Shown one piece after another: positions 30,928 through 40,482 of a stretch of DNA of 64,000 nt; positions within the stretch are counted from its first letter, which is position 1, and every line of letters begins with the position of its first letter. The DNA is from Blastocatellia bacterium (lineage in GTDB: Bacteria; Acidobacteriota; Blastocatellia; UBA7656): the NCBI GenBank assembly GCA_963765495.1, contig CAVXWP010000003.1:1-64000 (forward strand). Reading direction: 5' to 3'. The notes below the pieces were generated by a model. That model searched no databases, was not told where the DNA came from, and worked only from the letters and a program-made list of their open reading frames with translations. Made by a program: the position numbers and the translations under genes.

Positions 30928-33900
30928 ATGAGAAAGGTGAAGAGACGAGGACGAGACGTGGTCGTGCCGGGGCTGGTGCTGGCCTGGATGCTACTCGCCT
31001 CGCACTCTAGCGCTCTCGCGCTCAACCCATCGCTGGAGGTCAGTCAATACGCGCATACCTCGTGGACCGTCCGGGACGGATTCTCTCTGGGCGCCATCTT
31101 CGCGATGGCCCAGACGCCCGATGGCTATCTCTGGCTGGGCAGCGAATTCGGTATGTTTCGCTTCGATGGCGTTCACTTTATCCCCTGGCAACCACCTGCG
31201 GGTCAGCAACTCCCCGCCAAGCCCTACAGTCTGCTCGTCACGCGCGACGGCACACTTTGGATCGGCACCTTTGCTGGCCTTGTAAGCTGGAATGGTGTCG
31301 AGCTGATCCGGTACCCGGAGCTTGATGGACAGTTTGTGACATCGCTGCTCGAAGACCGCGAGGGAACAGTGTGGGCCGGCACAATAGGGCCTACCAATGG
31401 GCAGCTCTGCTCAATCCGAAGTGGCAGCGCACAATGCTACTCGGAGAATGGCGCCTTCGGCTCATTAGTTTGGAGTTTGGGTGAGGACAGTTCAGGCGCT
31501 CTCTGGGCCGGCGCAGAGACTGGCATTTGGCGATGGAAGCCCGGCCCTCCAAGGCGATACGCGACGCCGGGAATGCGGATTGGTGACATGAGTAAGGCCG
31601 ACGACGGACGACTGTTGGTTGGCATGAACGGCGCAGGACTCAGGCAGATCGTCGGCGACAAAGTCGAACCGTATCCGATTCACAGCGCAATGAATCCGAA
31701 TGCGCTGCTCCCGGAACACGATGTCAATTCGAATAAACTGCTCAGGGACCGCGATGGAGGTCTCTGGATCGGAACCCGCGAGCGGGGCCTCATCCACGTT
31801 CATCAAGGCCGGACAGACGTATTTACGAAATCAGAGGGCCTCTCGGGCGACGTCTCTTGCAGTCTTTTCGAGGATCGTGAAGGCAATGTCTGGGTCGCCA
31901 CCACGGGAGGACTCGACCGCTTTCGAGAGCTACCCGTCACGACTATTTCTGTGAAACAAGGCTTGTCCAGCGATGCTACTAATTCTGTGCTCGCGGCCAC
32001 GGATGGGAGCGTTTGGATAGCCGCTCACGATGGTTTGACACGGTGGAAGGACGGACAATTTACAGTCTTCCGTAAGGCAAGTGGGTTGCCGGCCGATGCG
32101 ACGCAGTCTCTGTTCGAGGATTATCGTGGGCGAATCTGGGTGTTCACGGATCACGGACTTGCTTATTTCCAAGATGGCAGGTTTGTTGCAATAAATGGTG
32201 TACCTAGCCCAGAAGTGTATTCCATCACGGGAGATAAGGAAGGCAACCTCTGGCTTTCAGGAAACAAAGGCCTGTCGCACTTGCTGGACGGACGTCTGGT
32301 CGAGCACTTCCCCTGGTCGGCGCTGGGGCGTCGGCAACAAGCGAAGGTCATACTCTCTAACCAAGGGGGACTGTGGCTTTCATTCTGGCAAGACGGCGGC
32401 GTGTTATATTTCAAGGATGGTAAAGTCCGGGCGTCGTATACAGCCGCTGATGGGCTTGGTAAAGGCCATGTTCCCGGCCTTCAACTCGACCGGGATGGCG
32501 CGCTGTGGGCCGCAACCGAGGAGGGCGGCCTTAGCCGGATTAAGGACGGCCGCGCCACTACGCTGACAAGCAGGAATGGTTTGCCCTGCGACACGATTCA
32601 CTGGACGATAGAGGACGACGACCGTTCGCTCTGGTTGTACACGGGCTGCGGCCTCGTGCGCATCACGCGCGGCGAACTGGACGCGTGGATCACCGACCCG
32701 CAGCACAGGATTGAAACAATGGTCTGGGCTGCGGCGGATGGCGTCAGGCTCCACCCGGTATCGCCTACTTCCTGGGGTCCTACCGTCGCGAAGTCCACCG
32801 ATGGCAAACTGTGGTTCGTGATGGGAGAAGCGATCCAGGTGGTCGATCCTCATCATCTTCCTGTCAACGAACTCCCGCCGCCGGTTCACATTGAGAAAAT
32901 CACAGCCAATGACCAGACCTACGACGCCGCTCAAGGCATGCGCCTGCCGCCGCTCGTCCGCGACCTCGCGATTGATTACGTGGCGTTGAGCCTCGTCGCG
33001 CCGGAAAAGGCTCGCTTCCGTTATATGCTCGAAGGACAAGACCCCGACTGGAAGGAAGTCGTTAACGAACGCCATGTGCAATACTCGAACCTCGCCCCTG
33101 GCCCTTACCGCTTCCGCGTAATGGCGTGCAACAACAGCGGCGTTTGGAACGAGGAAGGCGCGCTGCTGGACTTCTCGATTGCCTCGGCCTTCTACCAGAC
33201 CACCTGGTTCCGGCTGGCGTGCGTGGCACTTTTCCTGGCCTTGCTCTGGGCGGGTTATCAATTCCGTATCCGGCAACTCGCGCACCAGTTCAATATGACC
33301 CTGGAGGCGCGGGTGAGTGAGCGCACACGCATTGCACGCGAACTGCACGACACGCTGCTGCAAAGTTTTCAGGGCCTTCTGCTCCGCTTTCAGTCGGCCT
33401 CGAAACTCCTTCCGGCGCGTCCAGGCGAAGCCAGGCAGAGGCTCGAAAGCGCACTCGATCGGGCGGCTGAGGCGATTGCCGAAGGCCGCGACGCCGTGCA
33501 GGGGTTGCGGTCCTCGGCATTCGAGGCCAATGATCTTGCCACCGGAATAACTGCTATGGCAGAAGACCTCACAAGCGATGCCTCAGCCCTCGATTCTCCC
33601 GCCATTGATGTGGAGATAGAAGGCGCGCCGCGCAATCTCAACCCCGTTGTGCGCGACGAGGCATACCGCATCGCGGGCGAGGCGTTGCGCAACGCCTTCC
33701 GGCACGCACAGGCGCGGCGGATCACGGTGGAGATCCGATACGACAAGCGGCAGTTCCGCTTGCGGGTCCGTGATGACGGAAAGGGCATTAACGAAGCGAC
33801 TATCCGGCAGGCGGCTGCCGCCGGGCATTTTGGCTTGCACGGCATGCGCGAGCGGGCTGAGAATGTGGGCGGGCAACTGGAAGTCAAGAGCAGGCTCGAT

Positions 33901-34026
33901 TCCGGCACAGAGGTGGAATTGAGCATCCCCGGTGCCATTGCTTATGGTGGGTCTGCCCGGCGGTCGCGGTTGTCAAAAGCACTTTCGGCGAACAGCCGAG
34001 ATAAGGGAGCAGGGAGCCATGAGTGA
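30928..34026 (+). CDS. Sensor histidine kinase (Reg_prop beta-propellers, Y_Y_Y, HisKA_3, HATPase)
   Basis: Repeated D.DG.LWIGT blades, YSNLAPGPYRF, ERTRIARELHDTLLQ, GHFGLHGMRER. Confidence 0.95.
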   Translation: MRKVKRRGRDVVVPGLVLAWMLLASHSSALALNPSLEVSQYAHTSWTVRDGFSLGAIFAMAQTPDGYLWLGSEFGMFRFDGVHFIPWQPPAGQQLPAKPYSLLVTRDGTLWIGTFAGLVSWNGVELIRYPELDGQFVTSLLEDREGTVWAGTIGPTNGQLCSIRSGSAQCYSENGAFGSLVWSLGEDSSGALWAGAETGIWRWKPGPPRRYATPGMRIGDMSKADDGRLLVGMNGAGLRQIVGDKVEPYPIHSAMNPNALLPEHDVNSNKLLRDRDGGLWIGTRERGLIHVHQGRTDVFTKSEGLSGDVSCSLFEDREGNVWVATTGGLDRFRELPVTTISVKQGLSSDATNSVLAATDGSVWIAAHDGLTRWKDGQFTVFRKASGLPADATQSLFEDYRGRIWVFTDHGLAYFQDGRFVAINGVPSPEVYSITGDKEGNLWLSGNKGLSHLLDGRLVEHFPWSALGRRQQAKVILSNQGGLWLSFWQDGGVLYFKDGKVRASYTAADGLGKGHVPGLQLDRDGALWAATEEGGLSRIKDGRATTLTSRNGLPCDTIHWTIEDDDRSLWLYTGCGLVRITRGELDAWITDPQHRIETMVWAAADGVRLHPVSPTSWGPTVAKSTDGKLWFVMGEAIQVVDPHHLPVNELPPPVHIEKITANDQTYDAAQGMRLPPLVRDLAIDYVALSLVAPEKARFRYMLEGQDPDWKEVVNERHVQYSNLAPGPYRFRVMACNNSGVWNEEGALLDFSIASAFYQTTWFRLACVALFLALLWAGYQFRIRQLAHQFNMTLEARVSERTRIARELHDTLLQSFQGLLLRFQSASKLLPARPGEARQRLESALDRAAEAIAEGRDAVQGLRSSAFEANDLATGITAMAEDLTSDASALDSPAIDVEIEGAPRNLNPVVRDEAYRIAGEALRNAFRHAQARRITVEIRYDKRQFRLRVRDDGKGINEATIRQAAAAGHFGLHGMRERAENVGGQLEVKSRLDSGTEVELSIPGAIAYGGSARRSRLSKALSANSRDKGAGSHE

Positions 34027-34651
34027 CGATTCCAAACAGATTCGGATTCTGACGGTGGACGACCATCCGCTCTTGCGCGAGGGCATAGCCAGCCTCATCG
34101 CCGATGAGTCAGACATGACCCTGGTTGCCGAAGCCGCGGACGGCCGCGAAGCGATTCAGCAGTTTCGCACACACCTCCCCGACATTACGCTGATGGACTT
34201 GCAGATGCCGGAGGTGAACGGCCTGGATGCGATGGTTACCATTCTCGGAGAATTTCCCGACGCGCGAATCATTCTGCTCACCACCTACTCGGGCGACGTC
34301 CAGGCCCTGCGCGCGCTCAAGGCGGGCGCCCGCGCTTACCTCTTGAAAAATAGCCTGCACAAGGAGTTGCTGGGCGCAATCCGGGCCGTACACGCCGGAA
34401 GAAAGACCCTTTCCCCGGAGGTCTCTTTTGAGCTCGCCGAGCATTCCGCCGAGGAATCCCTAACGCCTGTGGAAGTGCGCGTCCTGCGCTTGATCGCCGA
34501 AGGCCATACCAATAAAGAGATTGCGGCGCTGCTCTCGGTGACCGAAGACGCAGTGAAGGGTCAGGTCAGGAACATCCTCTCCAAGTTGAACGCCAACGAT
34601 CGCACCCACGCCGCGATGATCGGAATCAAACGCGGGATCATCGAACTTTAA
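34019..34651 (+). CDS. NarL/LuxR-family response regulator
   Basis: VDDHPLLREG, LMDLQMP, C-terminal LuxR HTH; overlaps the kinase stop. Confidence 0.95.
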   Translation: MSDDSKQIRILTVDDHPLLREGIASLIADESDMTLVAEAADGREAIQQFRTHLPDITLMDLQMPEVNGLDAMVTILGEFPDARIILLTTYSGDVQALRALKAGARAYLLKNSLHKELLGAIRAVHAGRKTLSPEVSFELAEHSAEESLTPVEVRVLRLIAEGHTNKEIAALLSVTEDAVKGQVRNILSKLNANDRTHAAMIGIKRGIIEL

Positions 34652-34654
34652 TCC

Positions 34655-34690
34655 ACTCGAAAGGGTGTTAAGAAAAGCCCTTTCGGGTGT
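34655..34690. promoter_or_regulatory. Inverted repeat, candidate response-regulator operator or hairpin
   Basis: CACTCGAAAGGGT-N10-GCCCTTTCGGGTG. Confidence 0.45.
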
Positions 34691-34726
34691 GCGTCTGGTT
34701 TTGGAATCTCATACCCTTAAGTAGGT

Positions 34727-35104
34727 ATGCGGCGTCTCTTCTCTACGTTCTCAAGTGGACCACCGGGCCTTGGGCTTCTGCTCCTCCGGTTGTTTGCCGG
34801 AATCACGTTGATTGTGCATTGTGTGCGACTCCACGACGGCGTCTCGCTACAGGCGATCACGCCGCATGTGATTGCGGCCGTGGGCGGATTGCTCCTACTG
34901 GTGGGATTATGGACTCCCGTCACGGGAGCGATTGTGGCCATCACGGAATTATGGATTGTCTTCTCACACGGTCCTGACCCGTGGGTGAGTGTTCTGCTGG
35001 TCGGCCTCGGCGCCGCCCTGGCGCTGATGGGTCCCGGGGCCTGGTCGCTCGATGCACGGCTTTACGGGTGGAAGCGGATCGAGATTCGCCGTCCCGACAA
35101 ATGA
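34727..35104 (+). CDS. DoxX-like membrane protein
   Basis: GLGLLLLRL..LVGLWTP..GPGAWSLDA. Confidence 0.85.
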   Translation: MRRLFSTFSSGPPGLGLLLLRLFAGITLIVHCVRLHDGVSLQAITPHVIAAVGGLLLLVGLWTPVTGAIVAITELWIVFSHGPDPWVSVLLVGLGAALALMGPGAWSLDARLYGWKRIEIRRPDK

Positions 35105-35374
35105 GCAGATCGGGTCACAAGCACCGCACTACCTCAATATCGAGCCAGGCAATCGGGTCATAAGAAAACCCTGTCCCCCCCCCTCACCCTGTCTCTTCCC
35201 TGTCTCCTGTGCCGAGTATCTCGGGTTGATTCCATACTCTTTCGAGCGTCCCCAATCCTCGGAAGAGCCTCGTTGGCGACCCAAAGAGATCAATAAGCCT
35301 GCCGATTTTGCGCGGCGCGTCACCCTTTCGAAGTTGTCGCCAGGAGGAAAGGGCCGCACAATGGACAGCGAATT

Positions 35375-37171
35375 ATGAAAGGAGATACGGAAATGAGCGC
35401 AGGCTTCGCTAGCATCACGGGAGTGACTGATCCTCCTCAACGCAGGGCAGACCACGGCAAAGTTCCATTCAGCGCCAGCATGGTGTCCGCACCAAGCCGT
35501 CATCAAATGGGCCCTTCTAGGATCGCCGGTGACTATGAGGGCGTCCACGCCGAGCTACGCCGCGAAAAGTGCCGCTTGAAATTACTCATGGAATTGACCG
35601 GAGAAGCCGTCTCGAAACAGGAGCTTCCTGACCTTGTCCGAGCAATGATGATGAGCATCAGGAGCGCGATAGACTCCGACAGAGTTTGCATTTTTCTGGA
35701 AAGCCCGAATGGAGGCGAGCTTGAGGTCTATGCGCTCGACTTCCCTTCGGAGACGGGGAGATTCAACGAAGGAACTACTATTCCTCTCGCAGGCACGATT
35801 ACAAGCCAGGTGTTCCAGACGGGTAAGCCCTGGGCTGGCACTCGCGAGCAGGCGTGCGCGGTTTTTCCGAGGCAGCTTCTGTTTGCGGAGCGATTCAGCA
35901 CTGGATGCATTCTGCCACTTACGGGCCGCAATCGGGTTGTGGGCACGCTGGGCCTGGTGCGAGCGGAGCATAATCCTTACAGCAAGGATGAGCTTGATTT
36001 CCTGACTCGGGTCTCAAGTCAGGTAGCGATTGCCGTCGAAAACGCGCTGGCCTACCGCGAGATCTCCCGTCTGAAAGAGAAGCTCGCCCAGGAGAAGCTC
36101 TACCTCGAAGACGAGATCCGCTCCGAGTTGAATTTCGATCAGATCGTCGGCAACAGCCCCGCTCTCAAACACGTCCTTCAACTCGTCGAAACCGTCGCCC
36201 CCTCAGACTCCACCGTCCTGCTGCTGGGCGAGACCGGCACCGGAAAAGAACTCATCGCCCACGCCATCCACGACCACAGCCGTCGCAAACAACGCACCTT
36301 TGTCAAGCTCAATTGCGCCGCCATCCCCACGGGGCTTCTCGAGAGCGAGTTGTTCGGCCACGAGAAGGGAGCCTTCACAGGAGCGATCAGCCAGAAGCTG
36401 GGGCGGCTGGAACTGGCTGACCAGGGCACGCTGTTTCTCGACGAGGTGGGGGACGTTTCGCTAGAGGTCCAGCCGAAGCTTCTGAGGGCTTTGCAGGAGC
36501 GGGAGTTCGAACGCCTCGGCAGCACGCGCACCAGGAGGGTAGATGTGAGGCTAGTGGCGGCGACAAACCGGGATCTGGAGGGGATGATAGCGGCGCGGGA
36601 ATTCCGCAGCGACCTGTACTACCGGCTGAACGTCTTCCCGATACGGATCCCGCCTTTGCGAGAGAGGAGGGAGGACATACCGCTGCTTGTGAGTTACTTC
36701 GCGCAGAAGTTCGCGCGACAGATGAAGAAGCAGATTGAGACGATCCCGGTAGCGACGATGAAGGCGCTGAGCGAGTGGGAGTGGCCAGGGAACATACGGG
36801 AGCTAGCAAACTTCATCGAGCGGGCAGTGATCCTGACGCGGGGCAGGTCGCTCGAGGCGCCGCTCACGGAATTGGATAGGGCAAGCGGCGAAACAACAGT
36901 AGGAAAGCTCCGCTCCCGCGAGCGGGAAGAGATCGCGCGGATTGTGAGAGAGACGATCAGCGGGATGAAAAATGAAGAGTCCAAAAGTGCTGCCAATGAA
37001 TATGAAGAGAAGCAACGCGAGCAGATCATAAGAGTCCTGCGCGAGACGAAAGGGCGAGTAGGAGGAGCGGAAGGCGCAGCCGCACGACTTGAGATCAATC
37101 GAACGACGTTGCTTGCACGGATGAAGAAGCTCGGAATAGATCCCAGACAGTTTTCCTGCCTAGCAATGTAG
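35375..37171 (+). CDS. FhlA-like sigma-54 enhancer-binding protein (GAF, AAA+, HTH)
   Basis: GETGTGKE, ESELFGHEKGAFTGA, LFLDEVG, WPGNIREL, HTH (AAARLEINRTTL); the start may be ATG 35393. Confidence 0.95.
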   Translation: MKGDTEMSAGFASITGVTDPPQRRADHGKVPFSASMVSAPSRHQMGPSRIAGDYEGVHAELRREKCRLKLLMELTGEAVSKQELPDLVRAMMMSIRSAIDSDRVCIFLESPNGGELEVYALDFPSETGRFNEGTTIPLAGTITSQVFQTGKPWAGTREQACAVFPRQLLFAERFSTGCILPLTGRNRVVGTLGLVRAEHNPYSKDELDFLTRVSSQVAIAVENALAYREISRLKEKLAQEKLYLEDEIRSELNFDQIVGNSPALKHVLQLVETVAPSDSTVLLLGETGTGKELIAHAIHDHSRRKQRTFVKLNCAAIPTGLLESELFGHEKGAFTGAISQKLGRLELADQGTLFLDEVGDVSLEVQPKLLRALQEREFERLGSTRTRRVDVRLVAATNRDLEGMIAAREFRSDLYYRLNVFPIRIPPLRERREDIPLLVSYFAQKFARQMKKQIETIPVATMKALSEWEWPGNIRELANFIERAVILTRGRSLEAPLTELDRASGETTVGKLRSREREEIARIVRETISGMKNEESKSAANEYEEKQREQIIRVLRETKGRVGGAEGAAARLEINRTTLLARMKKLGIDPRQFSCLAM

Positions 37172-37197
37172 ATGGCTGCAATGTAGATGGCTGCAAT
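37163..37197. repeat. 15-bp tandem duplication over the activator stop codon
   Basis: GCAATGTAGATGGCT x2 followed by GCAAT. Confidence 0.85.
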
Positions 37198-37362
37198 CCC
37201 GCCGGGGCGCAACAGGCTTGCGCCCCCTCCCCACCTGCTGACAGAAAATCCCCGAGAGCTAACGATAAAGGGCTGCTAAAAGTGACAACGACAGTTTTGA
37301 CACCGTGGTCAGTTTGGTTGCCAGGCCGCATTGATATTCAACGAGTTACAGCGCCCACGCTT

Positions 37363-37377
37363 TGGCACTCGTGTTGC
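37363..37377 (+). promoter_or_regulatory. Sigma-54 promoter P4
   Basis: TGGCACTCGTGTTGC; IHF-like ATTCAACGAGTTA; TGACAACGACAGTTTTGACA at 37283-37302. Confidence 0.88.
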
Positions 37378-37429
37378 CCTTATCAATTCCGAAAGAATGC
37401 AGTGGTGAGAGTCGAATCAGCATTGAAAG

Positions 37430-38623
37430 GTGGAGACGATGATGTCTTATCAAGCTCTTAATTTGATGGCGAGCCCGATGAACCAGGCCGGGGATATGAA
37501 TACAGATGACACAAGGCGATTGGTAGCGCTCAATCCCGACCGCAAGAGCAGGCAGGCAGCGCGGTTTGAAGCGGAGCTCGCCTCCCGCGTTGTCGGCCAG
37601 GAGCGGGCCGTACGCAAGCTCGCTTCCCTCTACCAGGTATTTCACGCCGGGCTTACCAACCATACGCGGCCCATCGGCACGATGCTCTTTCTCGGACCTA
37701 CCGGGACGGGCAAGACCCACGTCGTAGAGGCTGCGGCGGAGGTGCTGTTCGGCGACCGCAACGCGGTCATCAAGATTGATTGCGCCGAGTTCCAGCACTC
37801 GCACGAGATCTCAAAGCTCATCGGCTCGCCGCCCGGTTACCTCGGCCACCGTGAGACCTCGCCCCTGCTCAGCCAGGAGAACCTCGAAAAGTACCGCACC
37901 GAGCATGACCCGTTCACCCTGGTGCTGTTCGACGAGATCGAGAAGGCCTCCGACGCGCTGTGGCAGTTGCTGCTCGGCATACTCGACAAGGGGACGCTGA
38001 CCTTAGGCGACAACCGGCGGGTGGACTTCACGCAGACGATGATCTTCATGACCAGTAACCTGGGGGCCATACAGATGGGCGAACTGATGACCGGCTCGAT
38101 CGGGTTCGCACCGACCGCAGGGGCCAGGATTGCGGCCGACGAACTCGACCAGAAGATTTACCGGACGGCGGTGGATGCAGCACGGCGTAAGTTCTCGCCC
38201 GAGTTCATGAACCGGATAGACAAGGTGGTCGTCTTCCGCAGCCTGCGACACGAGCAGTTGCGGCGGGTGCTCGATCTGGAGTTGCAGCAGGTGCAGCGGC
38301 GCATTGACGAGGGGGCAGGCGAGCCCTTCCGCGTTATCGTCACGGAAACGGCCGCGGAGTTCTTGCTGGCGGAAGGAGTAGACATCCGCTATGGCGCGCG
38401 CCACCTGAAGCGGGCAATCGAGCGGTTCGTGGTGACGCCGCTTGCAAACCTTTCGGCGACCAGGCAGGTGCGGCTGGGCCAGGTTGTGGTGATTGACTTC
38501 GAGGGGGTGGAAAGAGAGCTGATCTTCTACCGAGATGACTCGGAGGCTGCACGGGCTGCCGCCGCCCTTGATAGAGCACGCACTCAGCAGGCAGGCGGAC
38601 AGTACAACAACCGCGCTGCATGA
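37430..38623 (+). CDS. Clp-type AAA+ ATPase consisting only of the second (D2) module
   Basis: GPTGTGKT, KLIGSPPGY, LFDEIEKA, FSPEFMNRID, YGARHLKR; no N domain or D1. Confidence 0.9.
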   Translation: METMMSYQALNLMASPMNQAGDMNTDDTRRLVALNPDRKSRQAARFEAELASRVVGQERAVRKLASLYQVFHAGLTNHTRPIGTMLFLGPTGTGKTHVVEAAAEVLFGDRNAVIKIDCAEFQHSHEISKLIGSPPGYLGHRETSPLLSQENLEKYRTEHDPFTLVLFDEIEKASDALWQLLLGILDKGTLTLGDNRRVDFTQTMIFMTSNLGAIQMGELMTGSIGFAPTAGARIAADELDQKIYRTAVDAARRKFSPEFMNRIDKVVVFRSLRHEQLRRVLDLELQQVQRRIDEGAGEPFRVIVTETAAEFLLAEGVDIRYGARHLKRAIERFVVTPLANLSATRQVRLGQVVVIDFEGVERELIFYRDDSEAARAAAALDRARTQQAGGQYNNRAA

Positions 38624-38701
38624 GAGGGTCTTTAACACGACCTTTAACGGGTCTGACGAGACGATTGCTCCAAGTCAGTTCGCGAATGGAGGCATAAAGC
38701 C

Positions 38702-39022
38702 ATGATACGAATCAGCGAAACTCGCGAAGGCTCGAAACGCCGCCTGTTGGTCGAGGGCACGCTCTCAGGCGACTGGGTTGACGTGCTGGAGAAGTGCTGG
38801 CTTGAGGCGCAGACGCCGTTTAACGGCGAAACGATGTGCATAGACCTGTCAGGGGTCACCTACATCGACAATAAGGGCCGCGAACTGCTCGCGCGCATGT
38901 TCCGGAACGGCGCACAACTGCGGGCGACGGGAGTAATGACCAGGGCGGTCATTGAAGAGATTACTGCACGGGAAGCCTCACTTGAGACGCAACTCGAAAC
39001 GCATGTAGAGAAACAAGCATGA
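38702..39022 (+). CDS. Small STAS-like protein
   Basis: LVEGTLSGDWV..IDLSGVTYIDNKGRELL. Confidence 0.8.
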   Translation: MIRISETREGSKRRLLVEGTLSGDWVDVLEKCWLEAQTPFNGETMCIDLSGVTYIDNKGRELLARMFRNGAQLRATGVMTRAVIEEITAREASLETQLETHVEKQA

Positions 39023-39132
39023 GTTGAAGCGGAAGAGGGGCAAAACAACAGAATGCAGCAATCACAAGCAAGATTGAGAAAGAGCCGGCGAAGGCTTGTC
39101 AGTCTTCGGCGCAAGGCAATAAGGATCAGGCT

Positions 39133-40482
39133 ATGAATAATCGGATCGTATATCTACTAGTGATCATCACCCTAATGGCAAGCCCAATCGGTATTCTGGC
39201 GCAGCAAGAAGGAGATGGGGCTTCGGGAGAAGTATTGACGCTGGATGAGGCAATCTCCATTGCGTTGCATGACAGCCGCCAGGTCAAGAACTCACAACTG
39301 GCAGTCGGCAAAGCCGGAGACGAACTGGCCGCGACGCGCACCCTCCGCCTGCCTTCAATGAATCTGTACGCGCTCGCCTCCGAGCAGCTTGTAAAGCAAG
39401 ACGCCAGTCTCGATGACCCTTCATCAAACATCATTACTGGCGTCGAGCCATTCTTCTCCATCGGCATTCCGCGCAAACCGACCGCGATCTTCGCCGGACA
39501 GATTTTGCAGCCGCTGTCGCAGCAATACCGCATCGGCCTGAACATCAAGCAAGCCGGGTTAGCACGCGACGTGGAGAGCGAGAGACTGCGCCAGGTTAAG
39601 CAATCTACGGTTAATCAGGTCAAGCAGACCTATTACGGAATTCTGCAAACCCAGAGCGCCCTCGATAGCCTTCTGGAAGCCATCAGGTACTACCGCGAGC
39701 TGGACCGTGTGATGGGCGATAACGTCGCCCAACAGATCTCTTTGAAATCCGATAGCCTGGAAGTCAAAACGCGGCTGGCGAAGGCCGAGTACGAAGCCCT
39801 GAACCTGACGAATCAACTGACCACTGCCAAAGAGCAGCTCAACAACCAATTGGGACGCGACGTACGCACCGAGTTCAGGGTGGCCGCAGTTCCCGATGTC
39901 AACGGCTTTGACGCCGACCTCGCCCTCGCGCGAAGCCGCGCGCTCGAGCAGCGGCCCGAAGTGCGGGAGGCGCGGCTGAAGGTCAAGCAGGCCGAGGTTG
40001 ACCGGCGCATCAAGAAGTCCGAATTCATCCCCGACGTGAGCGTCGGCTTCACCTACATGAGCTTCCGGAATTTCGACCAGGGGGTTCCAAAGAACTCTGC
40101 CAGTGTGGGCGTTGTGGTGAAGTGGGAGGTCTTTGACTGGGGGAGAAAGAAGAACCAGCTCGCCGAAAAAGACCAGGCCATCGAGCAGGCACGAAACTCC
40201 CTGCACGAAGCCGAGAGCCTCGTCCTGATTGAGGTCGGCGACAGGTTCCGCAAGCTCCAGCAGACCCGTCAGGCTCTCGTCGTCGCGCAACTTAATCAGG
40301 AAACGGCGCGGGAAAACATACGCGTTTCAACCAACAAATACAGGATGAAGGCGGCGCTACTTTCCGACGTGTTGCAAACGCAGGCCACGCTGGCCGATGC
40401 AGACTATCAATATCAACAGGCATTGCTGGCTTTCTGGACGGCCAGGGCTGAGTACGAAAAGGCGATAGGAGCGGACAAATGA
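39133..40482 (+). CDS. TolC-family outer-membrane protein
   Basis: LTLDEAISIAL, ALEQRPEV, WEVFDWG; signal peptide. Confidence 0.92.
   Translation: MNNRIVYLLVIITLMASPIGILAQQEGDGASGEVLTLDEAISIALHDSRQVKNSQLAVGKAGDELAATRTLRLPSMNLYALASEQLVKQDASLDDPSSNIITGVEPFFSIGIPRKPTAIFAGQILQPLSQQYRIGLNIKQAGLARDVESERLRQVKQSTVNQVKQTYYGILQTQSALDSLLEAIRYYRELDRVMGDNVAQQISLKSDSLEVKTRLAKAEYEALNLTNQLTTAKEQLNNQLGRDVRTEFRVAAVPDVNGFDADLALARSRALEQRPEVREARLKVKQAEVDRRIKKSEFIPDVSVGFTYMSFRNFDQGVPKNSASVGVVVKWEVFDWGRKKNQLAEKDQAIEQARNSLHEAESLVLIEVGDRFRKLQQTRQALVVAQLNQETARENIRVSTNKYRMKAALLSDVLQTQATLADADYQYQQALLAFWTARAEYEKAIGADK

Noticed and set aside
35375-37171. Naming the activator fhlA / formate hydrogenlyase regulon
   Set aside because: Only one GAF domain and no hyc, hyf or fdh genes in the window; family resemblance only.
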